Positions 45,476 through 54,844 of a stretch of 64,000 nt of DNA are shown here, one piece after another. Each line of letters begins with the position of its first letter. The stretch's first letter is position 1. A model generated the notes under the pieces. The model did no database searches. It saw only the letters and a program-made list of their open reading frames with translations, and had not been told where the DNA came from. A program made the position numbers and the translations under genes. This DNA is from Bacilli bacterium (GTDB lineage Bacteria; Bacillota_I; Bacilli_A; RFN20; CAG-826): positions 1,151 to 65,150 of the forward strand of contig JAKSVG010000004.1 of the NCBI GenBank assembly GCA_024408105.1, written 5' to 3'.

Positions 45476-46495
45476 TTATCTATTGTTATACATTTTAGCA
45501 TAATAATTCTGGTAGTCACCAGAAATGATGTCTTCCCACCACTTGCGATTTTCTAAATACCATTTAATAGTTTTCTTAATTCCATCAGCAAATTTTGTTT
45601 CTGGAAGCCATCCAAGTTCGTTATGTATTTTTGTTGGATCGATTGCGTAACGCATATCGTGTCCTTTTCTATCACCAACATGTTTGATTAAGGACTCAGG
45701 TTTTCCAAGTTCTTTACAAATAAGTTTAACAATATCAATGTTTCTCATTTCATTATGGCCACCGATGTTATAAACTTCACCAACTCGGCCTTTATGAATG
45801 ATCAAATCGATTGCTTTACAATGGTCTTCAACATATAACCAGTCACGTACGTTTAACCCTTCACCATAAACCGGCAATGGTTTATCGTTTAAAGCATTTG
45901 CAATCATTAAAGGAATTAATTTTTCTGGGAAATGATATGGGCCATAATTATTTGAGCAACGAGACACACTTACTGGTAAACCATATGTTCTATGATAGGC
46001 AAGAACTAATAAATCTGCGCCAGCCTTAGAACTAGAATATGGGCTTGATGTGTGAATCGGTGTTGTTTCTGTAAAAAATAAATCAGGTCTATCAAGAGGC
46101 AAATCTCCATACACCTCATCAGTTGAAACTTGGTGATATCTCTTAATGCCATATTTTCTACATGCGTCCATCATGACTTGCGTACCGAGAATATTCGTAG
46201 TTAAAAATACTTCAGGATTTTCAATCGATCTATCAACATGAGATTCTGCAGCGAAGTTAACAACAATATCAGGATGTTCTTCTTCAAATATTTTGTATAT
46301 TGAAACTCTATCGCATATGTTAACTTTAAAAAATTTAAAATGAGGGTTTTTGAGTGCTTCTTCCAGTGTTGACATATTACCAGCATATGTTAAACAATCA
46401 ACGCAAAGAATGTCGTAGTCAGGATGCTTTTTAAGCATATAGTAGACAAAGTTTGAGCCAATAAAACCTGCGCCACCTGTAACTAATACTTTCAT
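45476..46495 (-). CDS. rfbB: dTDP-glucose 4,6-dehydratase
   Basis: 339 aa with GGAGFIGSNF, a catalytic YSSSKAGADLL region and STDEVYG. Confidence 0.95.
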   Translation of the reverse strand: MKVLVTGGAGFIGSNFVYYMLKKHPDYDILCVDCLTYAGNMSTLEEALKNPHFKFFKVNICDRVSIYKIFEEEHPDIVVNFAAESHVDRSIENPEVFLTTNILGTQVMMDACRKYGIKRYHQVSTDEVYGDLPLDRPDLFFTETTPIHTSSPYSSSKAGADLLVLAYHRTYGLPVSVSRCSNNYGPYHFPEKLIPLMIANALNDKPLPVYGEGLNVRDWLYVEDHCKAIDLIIHKGRVGEVYNIGGHNEMRNIDIVKLICKELGKPESLIKHVGDRKGHDMRYAIDPTKIHNELGWLPETKFADGIKKTIKWYLENRKWWEDIISGDYQNYYAKMYNNR

Positions 46496-46508
46496 TTATT
46501 TTCCTCCA

Positions 46509-47066
46509 TTAAAGGTCAAATTCTATTTTAACATCCTTAAAAGCAGGATGCTTTTTGTCCTTATCGCTAAGTGATAATTCTCCAACATCAGGCCACTTTA
46601 CACCTATATCTGGATCGTTATACATAATTCCACCTTCATCATTTGGGTGATAAAAGTCGTCACATTTATAAGCGAAAACTGCATGTTCACTTAAAACAAC
46701 GAATCCATGCGCAAAGCCTTTTGGTATAAGGAGTTGTTTCTTGTTTTCACTAGATAATCTCTCACCAATCCATCTTCCATATGTTTTTGATCCCTTGCGA
46801 AGATCAACGCAAACATCAAAAACTTCACCTTCTAAAACTCTAACAAGCTTTGTTTGAGGATAATGAATTTGAAAATGAAGCCCTCTGAGAACTCCTTTAT
46901 GTGATGCACTTTGATTGTCTTGAACAAATTTTATATCAATGCCTTGTTCAAGAAAATCGCGTTCGCTATATGTTTCCATAAAGTAACCGCGATTATCGCC
47001 GAATACCTCTGGCTCTATTATATAGACACCTTCAATACTCGTTTTATTAAATTTTAATTTTCCCAT
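46509..47066 (-). CDS. rfbC: dTDP-4-dehydrorhamnose 3,5-epimerase
   Basis: 185 aa RmlC cupin (DNRGYFMETY, GVLRGLHFQ, LIPKGFAHGF). Confidence 0.9.
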   Translation of the reverse strand: MGKLKFNKTSIEGVYIIEPEVFGDNRGYFMETYSERDFLEQGIDIKFVQDNQSASHKGVLRGLHFQIHYPQTKLVRVLEGEVFDVCVDLRKGSKTYGRWIGERLSSENKKQLLIPKGFAHGFVVLSEHAVFAYKCDDFYHPNDEGGIMYNDPDIGVKWPDVGELSLSDKDKKHPAFKDVKIEFDL

Positions 47067-47115
47067 TAGTAATAATACCTTTATACATAAAAACTATGTT
47101 TTATGCATAAATATA

Positions 47116-48003
47116 TTAATACAAATATTTACCCTCAGCAACATTTTTCAAGTGTTGCCCATATGGAGAACTACCATACATCTCTGCAGAAGCAAGAAGT
47201 TCTTCTTTAGAAATCCAGTGATAGTGATAAGCAATTTCTTCTGGAGCTGAGATTTTGATTCCTTGTCTACTTTCAGCCATTTGAACGAATTCACTAGCTG
47301 TAATTAAAGAATCAACTGTTCCAGCGTCAAGCCATGCAAAGCCACGGCCAAGAATTGTACCTTTTAAGCTCTTTTTTCTTAAATATAGGGCGTTTAAGGA
47401 TGTGATTTCATATTCACCACGTTTACTAGGCTTAACTTTCTTAGCAAGTTCAACAACTCTTTTATCATAGAAATATAAACCAGTGATGCAGTAATTAGAA
47501 CGTGGATGTTTTGGTTTTTCTTGAACAGATTTAATTTTCATGGTTCCTTCTTCAACTTCCATAATGCCAAATCTCTCAGGATCATTAACATAGTAGCCGA
47601 ATATTGTTGCATAGCCATTTTCAGCAGATTTAACTGCATCCTTTAAAATGTGTGAGAGACCACTACCATAGAAAATGTTATCGCCCAAAACTAGCGCACA
47701 GCTATCGCCATTAATAAAGTCTTCGCCAATAACAAAAGCTTGAGCAAGTCCGTTTGGGACTTCTTGAACCTTATATGAAATATGAACGCCAAATTGTGAA
47801 CCATCACCTAATAATCTTTCAAAGTTAGGTAAATCACTCGGTGTAGAAATTAAAAGAATATCTCGAATACCAGCCAACATAAGAACTGATAATGGATAGT
47901 AAATCATCGGTTTATCATAAACAGGTAAAAGTTGTTTTGATGTAACCTTTGTTAATGGATAGAGTCTTGTGCCAGCTCCACCTGCTAATATAATGCCTTT
48001 CAT
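47116..48003 (-). CDS. rfbA: Glucose-1-phosphate thymidylyltransferase
   Basis: 295 aa with MKGIILAGGAGTRLYPLT, YDKPMIYYPLS and LGDNIFYG. Confidence 0.95.
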   Translation of the reverse strand: MKGIILAGGAGTRLYPLTKVTSKQLLPVYDKPMIYYPLSVLMLAGIRDILLISTPSDLPNFERLLGDGSQFGVHISYKVQEVPNGLAQAFVIGEDFINGDSCALVLGDNIFYGSGLSHILKDAVKSAENGYATIFGYYVNDPERFGIMEVEEGTMKIKSVQEKPKHPRSNYCITGLYFYDKRVVELAKKVKPSKRGEYEITSLNALYLRKKSLKGTILGRGFAWLDAGTVDSLITASEFVQMAESRQGIKISAPEEIAYHYHWISKEELLASAEMYGSSPYGQHLKNVAEGKYLY

Positions 48004-49190
48004 TAGTTTTCCTCCAAATCCTTGATACTCTTTTTATCTCTGTTATGAGCTTTAATTTTTTTCTTTAAACCAGATATTCCGGTGTGTTTTATATAGAAAA
48101 ACAACAAATACATAATATCAAAAACCCTGTGCGAGAAATAGTTGATTTTATTTGCTAATTTAAAATATGATACTTTATTTTTGGTATTATTGTATTCTTT
48201 TAATTCAATAATTGAATTAATCAACTCATCAAAAATTGCTTCTTTATTAAAATTCTTTTCTATATCAATTTGAGCATTATTAATCATTTGATTACGAAGA
48301 GTGTTATTTGTAATTGCGAGAGCTAATTTTGAAAACCAATCTTCTTTTTTGTTAACTAATAAGCCATTAACTCCATCTTTAATAACAAATGAATATGGCT
48401 CAACATTTGAATATATTCCAATTGCTCCGATTAAAGTGTATTCAATATATTTATTGAAATATTTCGATTTTGAAAACTCACTATCAAATAGAGGTGCCAA
48501 ACCAATATGGTAATGACAATTTTTTACAAAGTTTCGATATTCTTCTAAAGGCATACTAGCAACATATTCTATGTTTGTTAGTTGTTCATATTCCTCTAAT
48601 TCTGGTCTTACTCCAATAAATGTAAATGAAATTCGTTTGCCGAAATTTTTAACTAATTCATTAAATATAGGTTTGATATTTTCGTTAAACATAGCAAGAT
48701 GAGTTGGTGATCCAGCATAAAGTATCTTAATCACATCAATATTTTCTTCTGGAGCAACTAACTCATTAGAATCAACACAGGTATTTATTAAAGCTGTTCG
48801 TTTACCAAATGACTTCGAAACATACTTATCAACAAAATGTTTACTTGATGAAAGAACAACATTCGCACATTCTAATACCCTTTTCGTGCATTTGATTCTA
48901 TACGGGATTCCAGGAAAGTCATCTGGGTAATCCATTAAATCATCATCGCAAAAAATAATGATAAAACCGCCAGCTTTTCTAATCTTAGTTGCTAATTTTT
49001 TCGAAATAATATCTGTTGGTCTTATGAAGAAAAAAACATCAAAATTGTTTATGTCTTTTTTTGAAATTGATCTAACGCATTTAAACGAGGCATTAATTCC
49101 TCTAGCTTTAGCATATTCACTTGTAAAATTGTTATATGTAAGGCTTACAGTAGGAATGTTTCTCTCGTAAATAAATAGAACCTTACTCAT
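48003..49190 (-). CDS. Putative GT-B-fold glycosyltransferase
   Basis: 395 aa. The C-half resembles GT1-type domains (HIGLAPL...KYIEYTLIGAIGIYS...DGVNGLLV). There is a hydrophobic/basic C-terminal tail. No confident family call. Confidence 0.5.
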   Translation of the reverse strand: MSKVLFIYERNIPTVSLTYNNFTSEYAKARGINASFKCVRSISKKDINNFDVFFFIRPTDIISKKLATKIRKAGGFIIIFCDDDLMDYPDDFPGIPYRIKCTKRVLECANVVLSSSKHFVDKYVSKSFGKRTALINTCVDSNELVAPEENIDVIKILYAGSPTHLAMFNENIKPIFNELVKNFGKRISFTFIGVRPELEEYEQLTNIEYVASMPLEEYRNFVKNCHYHIGLAPLFDSEFSKSKYFNKYIEYTLIGAIGIYSNVEPYSFVIKDGVNGLLVNKKEDWFSKLALAITNNTLRNQMINNAQIDIEKNFNKEAIFDELINSIIELKEYNNTKNKVSYFKLANKINYFSHRVFDIMYLLFFYIKHTGISGLKKKIKAHNRDKKSIKDLEEN

Positions 49191-50679
49191 GAGCTAATTC
49201 CTTCTTTTTACCTTTGCCAAACATCGACTTAACAACTCCGATGATTTCTTTATATCCGTCCAGTTTAAATGCAATTGAGGCAAAAATATAAACAAGAACA
49301 CCAATAGCTACTTTTCCAAGCAATGAAACCACGCTATGAGCGGTAAATGAATACTGATCAATGAAGTTTCCAAAGAAATAAATAAGAGCAAACATTGCTT
49401 CGCAAACAATCAAAGGAGCAATAATATCACTAAAGAACTCTCCAATTGTGTAATGAAGCATTTTATAGACATCATAGAAACTAAAGAATACAGCTAAAAT
49501 AGCTATAATAGCATTCGCTAAACTTAATTGTTCTACAGTGCATTTTGCTCCAAATACTAGTCCAAATGTTGCGCCAAATATTAACACTAGTCTAAATATC
49601 TCTGTCTTAATTCTTGTCGCTGTATGCCCAAGAGCCAAAAAGACCTGTGTATTCATTAACATAAATGGAGTAGCTAAATAATAGATACAAGAGAATTGCA
49701 TAATTTGTACCATTGGTAGCCATTGCTCACCATATAGAACAAGAACAAGTTCTTTTGAAACAACCATCATTCCAATCATCATTGGAGCCAAAGCATATGT
49801 CATAACTCGAATGATTCTTCTCACAATATCTTTTATTTGAACCACATCACCTTGATACGAAACAAGTGTAGGAAGCAAAACACTAGTGATCGCTCCGAAT
49901 GTGTACAAAGATAACTGCATCGGTAATGATGGGCCTTTGTCATAATAGCCTAAATCGGCGACTGAAAACGCCTTTGCAATAACAAGCGATGCAATAGCTG
50001 TACCTGCATAATTTAATAACAAACCAATAACAATTGTAGCAGTATCAGTTATTAATTTTTTCATTCGATGAGTATCAATTTTAAAATGGAATTTCCACTT
50101 AACAAAGATAAATAAAATAACAGTTAATAGAACTTGCTGCGACAACCTTTGAATAACAAGCGCCCAAGGGCCAGCTCCTAAATATGCACAGGCAATTCCA
50201 ATTCCCCCACTAACAATAGAAGAAACTAAATTACAAATAAAAAGTAATCTAAATTTCATTTGCCTTGTAACAACCGCAGTTCTAGGTGCGGCAAATACTT
50301 GAACAAAGAATATTAACCCTAAAATTCTAAGAATTAATGTTAAAGATGGCTCATTATAATAATTAGCCATTACAGGCGCTAAAAAGAATGTTGCTATATA
50401 TAACAATGATGCTGTCCCAAATGAAACTAAAATTGAATTAGAATAATCAGAATCATTGCAATCTTTTTTACTAATAAGAGCGGCAGTAAAACCTTGCTCA
50501 ACCAAAATATCAGCAAGATTTGTAAAAACAGCAGTTAAAGCAATTAACCCAAATACAGATGCATCAAGCAATCTAGCAAGAACAATGGATACAGCTAAAG
50601 TTACTCCCTTAGAAAGGAACTGTTCTAATATTTTCCAAACCGCGCTAGAAGCAAATTGCTTCTTTGTAACTTTTTCCAT
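49183..50679 (-). CDS. wzx: Oligosaccharide flippase (Wzx, MOP superfamily)
   Basis: 498 aa with about 12-14 TM segments. The N-terminal pattern SSAVWKILEQFLSKGVTLAVSIVLARLL...FGLIAL is typical of polysaccharide-biosynthesis flippases. Confidence 0.75.
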   Translation of the reverse strand: MEKVTKKQFASSAVWKILEQFLSKGVTLAVSIVLARLLDASVFGLIALTAVFTNLADILVEQGFTAALISKKDCNDSDYSNSILVSFGTASLLYIATFFLAPVMANYYNEPSLTLILRILGLIFFVQVFAAPRTAVVTRQMKFRLLFICNLVSSIVSGGIGIACAYLGAGPWALVIQRLSQQVLLTVILFIFVKWKFHFKIDTHRMKKLITDTATIVIGLLLNYAGTAIASLVIAKAFSVADLGYYDKGPSLPMQLSLYTFGAITSVLLPTLVSYQGDVVQIKDIVRRIIRVMTYALAPMMIGMMVVSKELVLVLYGEQWLPMVQIMQFSCIYYLATPFMLMNTQVFLALGHTATRIKTEIFRLVLIFGATFGLVFGAKCTVEQLSLANAIIAILAVFFSFYDVYKMLHYTIGEFFSDIIAPLIVCEAMFALIYFFGNFIDQYSFTAHSVVSLLGKVAIGVLVYIFASIAFKLDGYKEIIGVVKSMFGKGKKKELAHE

Positions 50680-50688
50680 AAATAAATA

Positions 50689-51840
50689 TTACCACCCCAA
50701 GAAGCCAAATATAGCATTATTTTGGAAAACCCTAAATGCTGAAAAGTCTTGATTCATGTATGGGAGATCACAATAAACAAGCAAAACAACAGCAACAATC
50801 AATAAAGGTATTGAGTTTATTAAGATTGATGTTCCACTACTATGACCTGTTTCTTTTCTAGCATTTGAGTAATAATGGGCAACATTAACTCCGTTTAATA
50901 TATTTATCAAAACCATTTCATAACTAAAACGAATAAAAACGTTGTTGATTAATAAAAACGGAACAGTTAAAAGTAAGAGAATATTCCCATATTTAACAAA
51001 CGAGCTCATTCTAACGATGTAGTTTTCTTCGTGATTAAGTGCACGTTGCGCTTCTTTCGCCTTTTTATTAGCAAACCAACCAAGAACAATATTCATAACA
51101 ACAATGCCAACAGAGCAAACGATGCCTGTTAGATTGCTTCTACTTGCCTCATCAACCGCATTTGGATTAATCCAATCAAGGAATTTTCCACGGCTTATAA
51201 AGATGGAGAAAAAGTTATACAAAATTCCTAAGTTATACAAGAAGAAAACAACTACCGTGCAAAGGAATGTGACAAACATAAAGCTTTTCATGCCTCTATC
51301 CTTCTTAGCTGCAAAAACGAAAAGGAAGAAGAAAATAGAAGAATAATGGAAAAGAGTTGCCAAAATTACACCTAAGATATAAAAGATGGCCCAATGTTTG
51401 TTACGTTTAATTAAAAAGTCAACGAACAAAACAATAATAAGGCAAGCAATTCCGGCTCTCATAACAGACATGAAATATGTGAACGGGAAAAGAAGAAATA
51501 AAAACGCGGCTAAAGCGGTACACTTTGTGTATTTATTAATTGCAAAGCCAAGCAAAATAATAAATAACGCACCACAAATAGCTCTAAATGCCATAAATGG
51601 CAAATTGATTGATCTACAAGCAACAATAAGCAATGTGAAGCCAGGTTCAAATTCAGTAAAGTACTTCATTGAAAACATGTTTTCATAAACATTTTGGTAT
51701 ACAGCTTGGTCCCCAGTTTTCGTTGAGAAAGCATAAAGAAGCCACATAAAAACCAAAGAAGATATAAAAACGATTTTTGATTTAGGCTTAAAGCAAGTCA
51801 AAATAAATAATATTAATAATATTAAACACCCAAAAACCAT
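50689..51840 (-). CDS. EpsG-family polysaccharide polymerase (Wzy-type)
   Basis: 383 aa polytopic membrane protein with an EpsG-like N-terminal block (GDQAVYQNVYENMF...EPGFTLL). Confidence 0.6.
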   Translation of the reverse strand: MVFGCLILLILFILTCFKPKSKIVFISSLVFMWLLYAFSTKTGDQAVYQNVYENMFSMKYFTEFEPGFTLLIVACRSINLPFMAFRAICGALFIILLGFAINKYTKCTALAAFLFLLFPFTYFMSVMRAGIACLIIVLFVDFLIKRNKHWAIFYILGVILATLFHYSSIFFFLFVFAAKKDRGMKSFMFVTFLCTVVVFFLYNLGILYNFFSIFISRGKFLDWINPNAVDEASRSNLTGIVCSVGIVVMNIVLGWFANKKAKEAQRALNHEENYIVRMSSFVKYGNILLLLTVPFLLINNVFIRFSYEMVLINILNGVNVAHYYSNARKETGHSSGTSILINSIPLLIVAVVLLVYCDLPYMNQDFSAFRVFQNNAIFGFLGW

Positions 51841-52761
51841 TTATTTTCTTTCGCTGATAAAGAAATCTACTTCGCTTTTAAATTTAAATTTATCCAATTC
51901 TTCTTCACTGGCTTTTTTAAACGGAACATCTAAAAAAGCAGGTAATTTAGATAAATCATCTTCTCCTAAGATAAAATATCTAGAAGGATCATACATTGAG
52001 AAATTTTTAATTTCTTTATTATTTGTAATACATTTTGTGTCATCAAAGACGCATTCTAAATCTCTTTGTGAGAAACTTTTCGTGCCCTCTGTAACAATAT
52101 TTAATATAGCTCTAGTTTTTTTAACATACTCGACATAGTTTATATATGGCATAACAGGTTTATAAAAATCTTTTTTCTTTGAAAACATAGATCTATCAGC
52201 GCATAAATGAAAATATGTTTTTAAACCTAAATCATTTAATTGCTTTTCTAAAGCGAGAATATAATCCGCTCTACCTTTATCTCTTCCAACATATACAACG
52301 TCATATTCGATTTTGTCTTTTTCTTTTACTCTAAAATAATCAACAAAGACAACAGAGCATTTTTTTATATTAAATTCTTTGCAGTCGTCATCATCATAAC
52401 TATATGGAGTAACAATGCTTCTATCTAATGAGTCAATACGGAAGGTTGATAATTTTGCTCTATTTTCATACATCAAAAATAGTGATGAATTTGGATGATG
52501 TTTATGCATCCATTTAAACAATTGGGGACACATCAATGAATCGCAAAAATGAAATATTTCAGAGTCAACCTTTTTAAGTTCTTTATTAAACCATATGGAT
52601 TTAAATGGTAAATGGAGCCTAAACCATACCTCTCGGCATAATCTTAAAAATAAATTATAGTCTTTGTAGGGAATTAAATATTTATATCCAGATGCCTCGA
52701 TAGCATCTTTAACATAATCGTTGCCTCTTAAGGCAGCTCTAACAAATACTATTTTTTCCAT
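51841..52761 (-). CDS. Hypothetical cytoplasmic protein, first gene of the glycan operon
   Basis: 306 aa with no TM and no motif I can assign. Abuts the EpsG start with no gap. Confidence 0.5.
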   Translation of the reverse strand: MEKIVFVRAALRGNDYVKDAIEASGYKYLIPYKDYNLFLRLCREVWFRLHLPFKSIWFNKELKKVDSEIFHFCDSLMCPQLFKWMHKHHPNSSLFLMYENRAKLSTFRIDSLDRSIVTPYSYDDDDCKEFNIKKCSVVFVDYFRVKEKDKIEYDVVYVGRDKGRADYILALEKQLNDLGLKTYFHLCADRSMFSKKKDFYKPVMPYINYVEYVKKTRAILNIVTEGTKSFSQRDLECVFDDTKCITNNKEIKNFSMYDPSRYFILGEDDLSKLPAFLDVPFKKASEEELDKFKFKSEVDFFISERK

Positions 52762-52815
52762 AGTGAAGTTAGTTTAACCCATATAAACCAATAACGCAAG
52801 GCGCACACAAACGTA

Positions 52816-52843
52816 TTGATTTGTCCGCATATGCGTATATTAT
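52816..52843 (+). promoter_or_regulatory. Promoter candidate with an embedded 10-bp palindrome; -10 ends 7 nt before ATG 52851
   Basis: TTGATT (52816-52821), 16 nt, TATTAT (52838-52843). The spacer contains the perfect palindrome CGCATATGCG (52826-52835). No SD. Confidence 0.4.
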
Positions 52844-52850
52844 ATAAGCG

Positions 52851-54041
52851 ATGAACTTTGTATTTATTTCTCCGAACTTCCCATCAATATATTCACACTT
52901 CGTGAAATCTCTTCACGAAAGAGGCGTGAATGTTTTGGGTATTGGTGATGCATCATATCATGAACTTAATCAAGAATTAAAAGATAATTTAACAGAGTAT
53001 TGCCAAGTATCAAACATGGCTAATATCGAATGGATGAAAAACACTCTTGATTATTTATCAGATAAATACGGTCAAATTGATTATATCGAATCTAATAATG
53101 AATTTTGGCTAATGAATGACGCTATTTACCGCGAATATAAACATGTGCCAAATGGATTTTATCCATCCGATATGGAGAAGATTAAATATAAATCGAAAAT
53201 GAAAGAATACTTTGCTAAAGCAAATGTAAAAACTGCTAGATATATAATTGTGGATACACTAGATAACGCTATCGAATTTTCTAATAAAGTTGGCTTTCCA
53301 TTATTCGTTAAACCAGATAATGGAGTTGGAGCAGGTGGAACTCATAAAATAAAAAACATCGATGAGTTGAAGCACTTCTTTGAAATAAAAGACAACGAGA
53401 TATATATCATGGAAGAATTTATTAATGGCGATATAACTACATTCGATGGCATATGTGATGATGAATCTAACTGTGTATTAATGTATAACGAAAAATTTCC
53501 AATTCCTGTTGCAGAAGTAGTTAATGATGACTTAGATGATTTCTATTATGCAAGCATGGATATGCCAGATGAATTTAGAGAAATGGGGAAACGCGTCATT
53601 AAATCATTTGGAGTTCGTAAACGTTGCTTCCATATTGAATTTTTCAAATTAAAAGAAGATAGACCAGGACTTGCGAAAAAGGGAGAAATTATCGGCCTAG
53701 AAGTAAATATGAGATCTCCTGGAGGAGATACACCTGATTTATTATCGATATCACTCAATGAAAGTTATTATGATGTTTATGCGGATATCATTGCATTTAA
53801 CAAAGTTAACGTTCCATTAGATAAACAGCACTTCATCGCAATGAGCGTTTCAAAAAAAGATAGATTTACTTATAAACATTCTACCGAAGAAATATATAAA
53901 AAGTTCTCATTAAATATCGTAAGACATGGTTATTACGATAAAGCCATCGCTGATGCTATGGGTAATGAATTTTATATGGGAAGATTTTATAGCGAAAAAG
54001 GCGCAATAAAATTTGCAGAATTTATTAGAGAAAAGAAATAG
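52851..54041 (+). CDS. ATP-grasp domain protein (carboxylate-amine ligase class)
   Basis: 396 aa: KSKMKEYFAKANVKTARY...GFPLFVKPDNGVGAGGTHKIKN...IMEEFINGD...GLEVNMRSPGG. Confidence 0.7.
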   Translation: MNFVFISPNFPSIYSHFVKSLHERGVNVLGIGDASYHELNQELKDNLTEYCQVSNMANIEWMKNTLDYLSDKYGQIDYIESNNEFWLMNDAIYREYKHVPNGFYPSDMEKIKYKSKMKEYFAKANVKTARYIIVDTLDNAIEFSNKVGFPLFVKPDNGVGAGGTHKIKNIDELKHFFEIKDNEIYIMEEFINGDITTFDGICDDESNCVLMYNEKFPIPVAEVVNDDLDDFYYASMDMPDEFREMGKRVIKSFGVRKRCFHIEFFKLKEDRPGLAKKGEIIGLEVNMRSPGGDTPDLLSISLNESYYDVYADIIAFNKVNVPLDKQHFIAMSVSKKDRFTYKHSTEEIYKKFSLNIVRHGYYDKAIADAMGNEFYMGRFYSEKGAIKFAEFIREKK

Positions 54042-54067
54042 AAAAAGCGACCAATCGGTCGCTTTTC
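54042..54067. terminator. Bidirectional rho-independent terminator
   Basis: GAAAAAGCGACC-AATC-GGTCGCTTTTC. A 9-bp stem flanked by A- and T-runs between convergent genes. Confidence 0.8.
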
Positions 54068-54081
54068 AAATTATATTTGAA

Positions 54082-54789
54082 TTATAAATCAACGTTGTGA
54101 TAGACGTTTTGAACATCTTCAAGTTCATCTAATGCATCTATCAAATCTTCAAATTTAGTTTTTGTTTCTTCATCTGGAAGAGTGATATATTCATTTGGAA
54201 TCATTGAGATTTCCGCTTCTTCATATTCACTAATTCCAAGTCCTGCTAAAACTTCTTTTGCTTTTGCAAATGCAGCTGGAGAAACATAAACAACGACTAA
54301 ATCTTCGTCTTGTTCAACGCTAATTACATCAACATCGCCAAGAATGAGGGCCTCTTCTGCTTCGTCTCTATTGTTTCCTTTGTAGACAAGGCAACCTTTT
54401 TCTTCAAAGTTGAATGCTACACTGCCTGGATGTCCACCTTTACGAACAACATTTGTTTTAACTTCGACTAATGCACGATTTGGATTATCAGTTAATGTAT
54501 CAACGATAATATATGAACCAGCTGGGCCAAAAAATTCATAACGTCCTGCAATAAAGACTTCAGCATCTCCACCTTGAGCCTTTTTAATAGCACGATCAAA
54601 AACATCTCTTGGAACTGATTTTCCACGATATTTTTCATAAACTGCTCTTAGAGCAAGGTTAGTTTTTGGATCTGGTGATCCTGTTCTTGCAGCAAGGTAT
54701 GCTTCTCTAGATGCACGAGCATATAATGCTGATTTAATTTTGCCTGTTCTTGCCATTGCTGCGGCACGAACTTCATGATGTCTTCCCAT
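54082..54789 (-). CDS. yebC: YebC/PmpR-family DNA-binding regulator
   Basis: 235 aa: MGRHHEVRAAAMARTGKIKSALYARASREAYLAARTGSPDP... Full-length YebC/TACO1 family. Confidence 0.9.
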   Translation of the reverse strand: MGRHHEVRAAAMARTGKIKSALYARASREAYLAARTGSPDPKTNLALRAVYEKYRGKSVPRDVFDRAIKKAQGGDAEVFIAGRYEFFGPAGSYIIVDTLTDNPNRALVEVKTNVVRKGGHPGSVAFNFEEKGCLVYKGNNRDEAEEALILGDVDVISVEQDEDLVVVYVSPAAFAKAKEVLAGLGISEYEEAEISMIPNEYITLPDEETKTKFEDLIDALDELEDVQNVYHNVDL

Positions 54790-54816
54790 TGTATCTACTC
54801 CTTACAAGTGCTTTAT

Positions 54817-54844
54817 ATTATACTCTTGTCTTAAAAATAGACAA
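54817..54844 (-). promoter_or_regulatory. yebC promoter candidate
   Basis: Minus strand TTGTCT-16 nt-TATAAT. The -35 is part of the dyad CTTGTCT-ATTTTTA-AGACAAG. SD AAGGAG follows. Confidence 0.4.

Noticed and set aside
37844-54081. Glycan locus as a mobile genomic island
   Set aside because: There is no integrase, transposase, tRNA gene or flanking direct repeat. Only a by-eye lower GC content supports this, which is common for polysaccharide loci.
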